From assembly GCA_030167865.1 (NCBI GenBank), contig JALAGF010003702.1:1-32240 (forward strand): a stretch of DNA of 32,240 nucleotides. The letters run 5' to 3'. Source of the stretch: Craspedostauros australis (Eukaryota). The position numbers and the translations under genes are program-made. Positions 31,858-32,240 of this stretch are shown one piece after another (position 1 is the first letter of the stretch; each line of letters opens with the position of its first letter). Below the pieces are notes generated by a model. That model had not been told where the DNA came from. It saw only the letters and a program-made list of their open reading frames with translations, and did not search any database.

Positions 31858-32240
31858 TGTTGGAAATCCGGGGTTATAGTTAGTACTAAATTCTAATCTG
31901 CTGTTAGAAACTGTACCGTTTTAGAACTGTGAGCACAATCTCACTTTCTCTTTCGATTTCATCTTCATGGCAGGTATCTGCCGCGGTGGCGACACGGGGC
32001 GTCCTGTTGTCTCTTAGGTGCTTCCCTCTTCGTTCATCATGCTCTGTTCTTGCTTCCTTGTCTCTGCCTCGTCGTAGCTGTCTACACTTGCATGGTAGGG
32101 ATCTGCAGTTTTGAGCACTTGCCTATCTCGTGTTTCCGTCGTTGATTCTCATGACACCGTCGTCTCATGATCGATGTCACCTTTGGTGATGTTCCAAACC
32201 TGTGGATATTCTGATCCTTTCTGATGTTCCAAACCTGCGG
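31858..32240. mobile_element. LTR-like sequence truncated by the window edge
   Basis: TGTTGGAAATCCGG start and blocks shared with 27169. Internal 35-bp-period duplication (TGATGTTCCAAACCTG at 32187 and 32222). Confidence 0.5.

Overview
Gene-dense eukaryotic nuclear DNA. The gene set, compact spacing, few introns (GTACG donors, CAG acceptors) and low-complexity inserts suggest a stramenopile, probably a diatom (inference). Bases 1-26.4 kb hold 11 genes: a RING/TRAF-type Zn-finger E3, PDAT, CWC27, PEX10, a small Ser-rich WGQYVD-motif protein, an SLC25A32/FOLT1-type carrier, an AVT1-type amino-acid transporter, IMPACT, a bacterial-type RsmJ methyltransferase, an unknown 1084-aa 8-TM protein and MO25. 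A further gene probably starts at the left edge. The region 26.6-32.2 kb is accessory and gene-poor. It has two diverged LTR-like remnants sharing collinear motifs, a weaker third, and a secreted Cys-repeat protein with an RXL motif. The best leads are the nuclear RsmJ with a possible organellar presequence, the tandem tetraspanin-like protein, the Cys-repeat secreted protein, a stop-free in-frame intron in PEX10, and the LTR motif family. No CRISPR array, rRNA or tRNA was recognised. All homology calls are by-eye motif recognition, not database searches.
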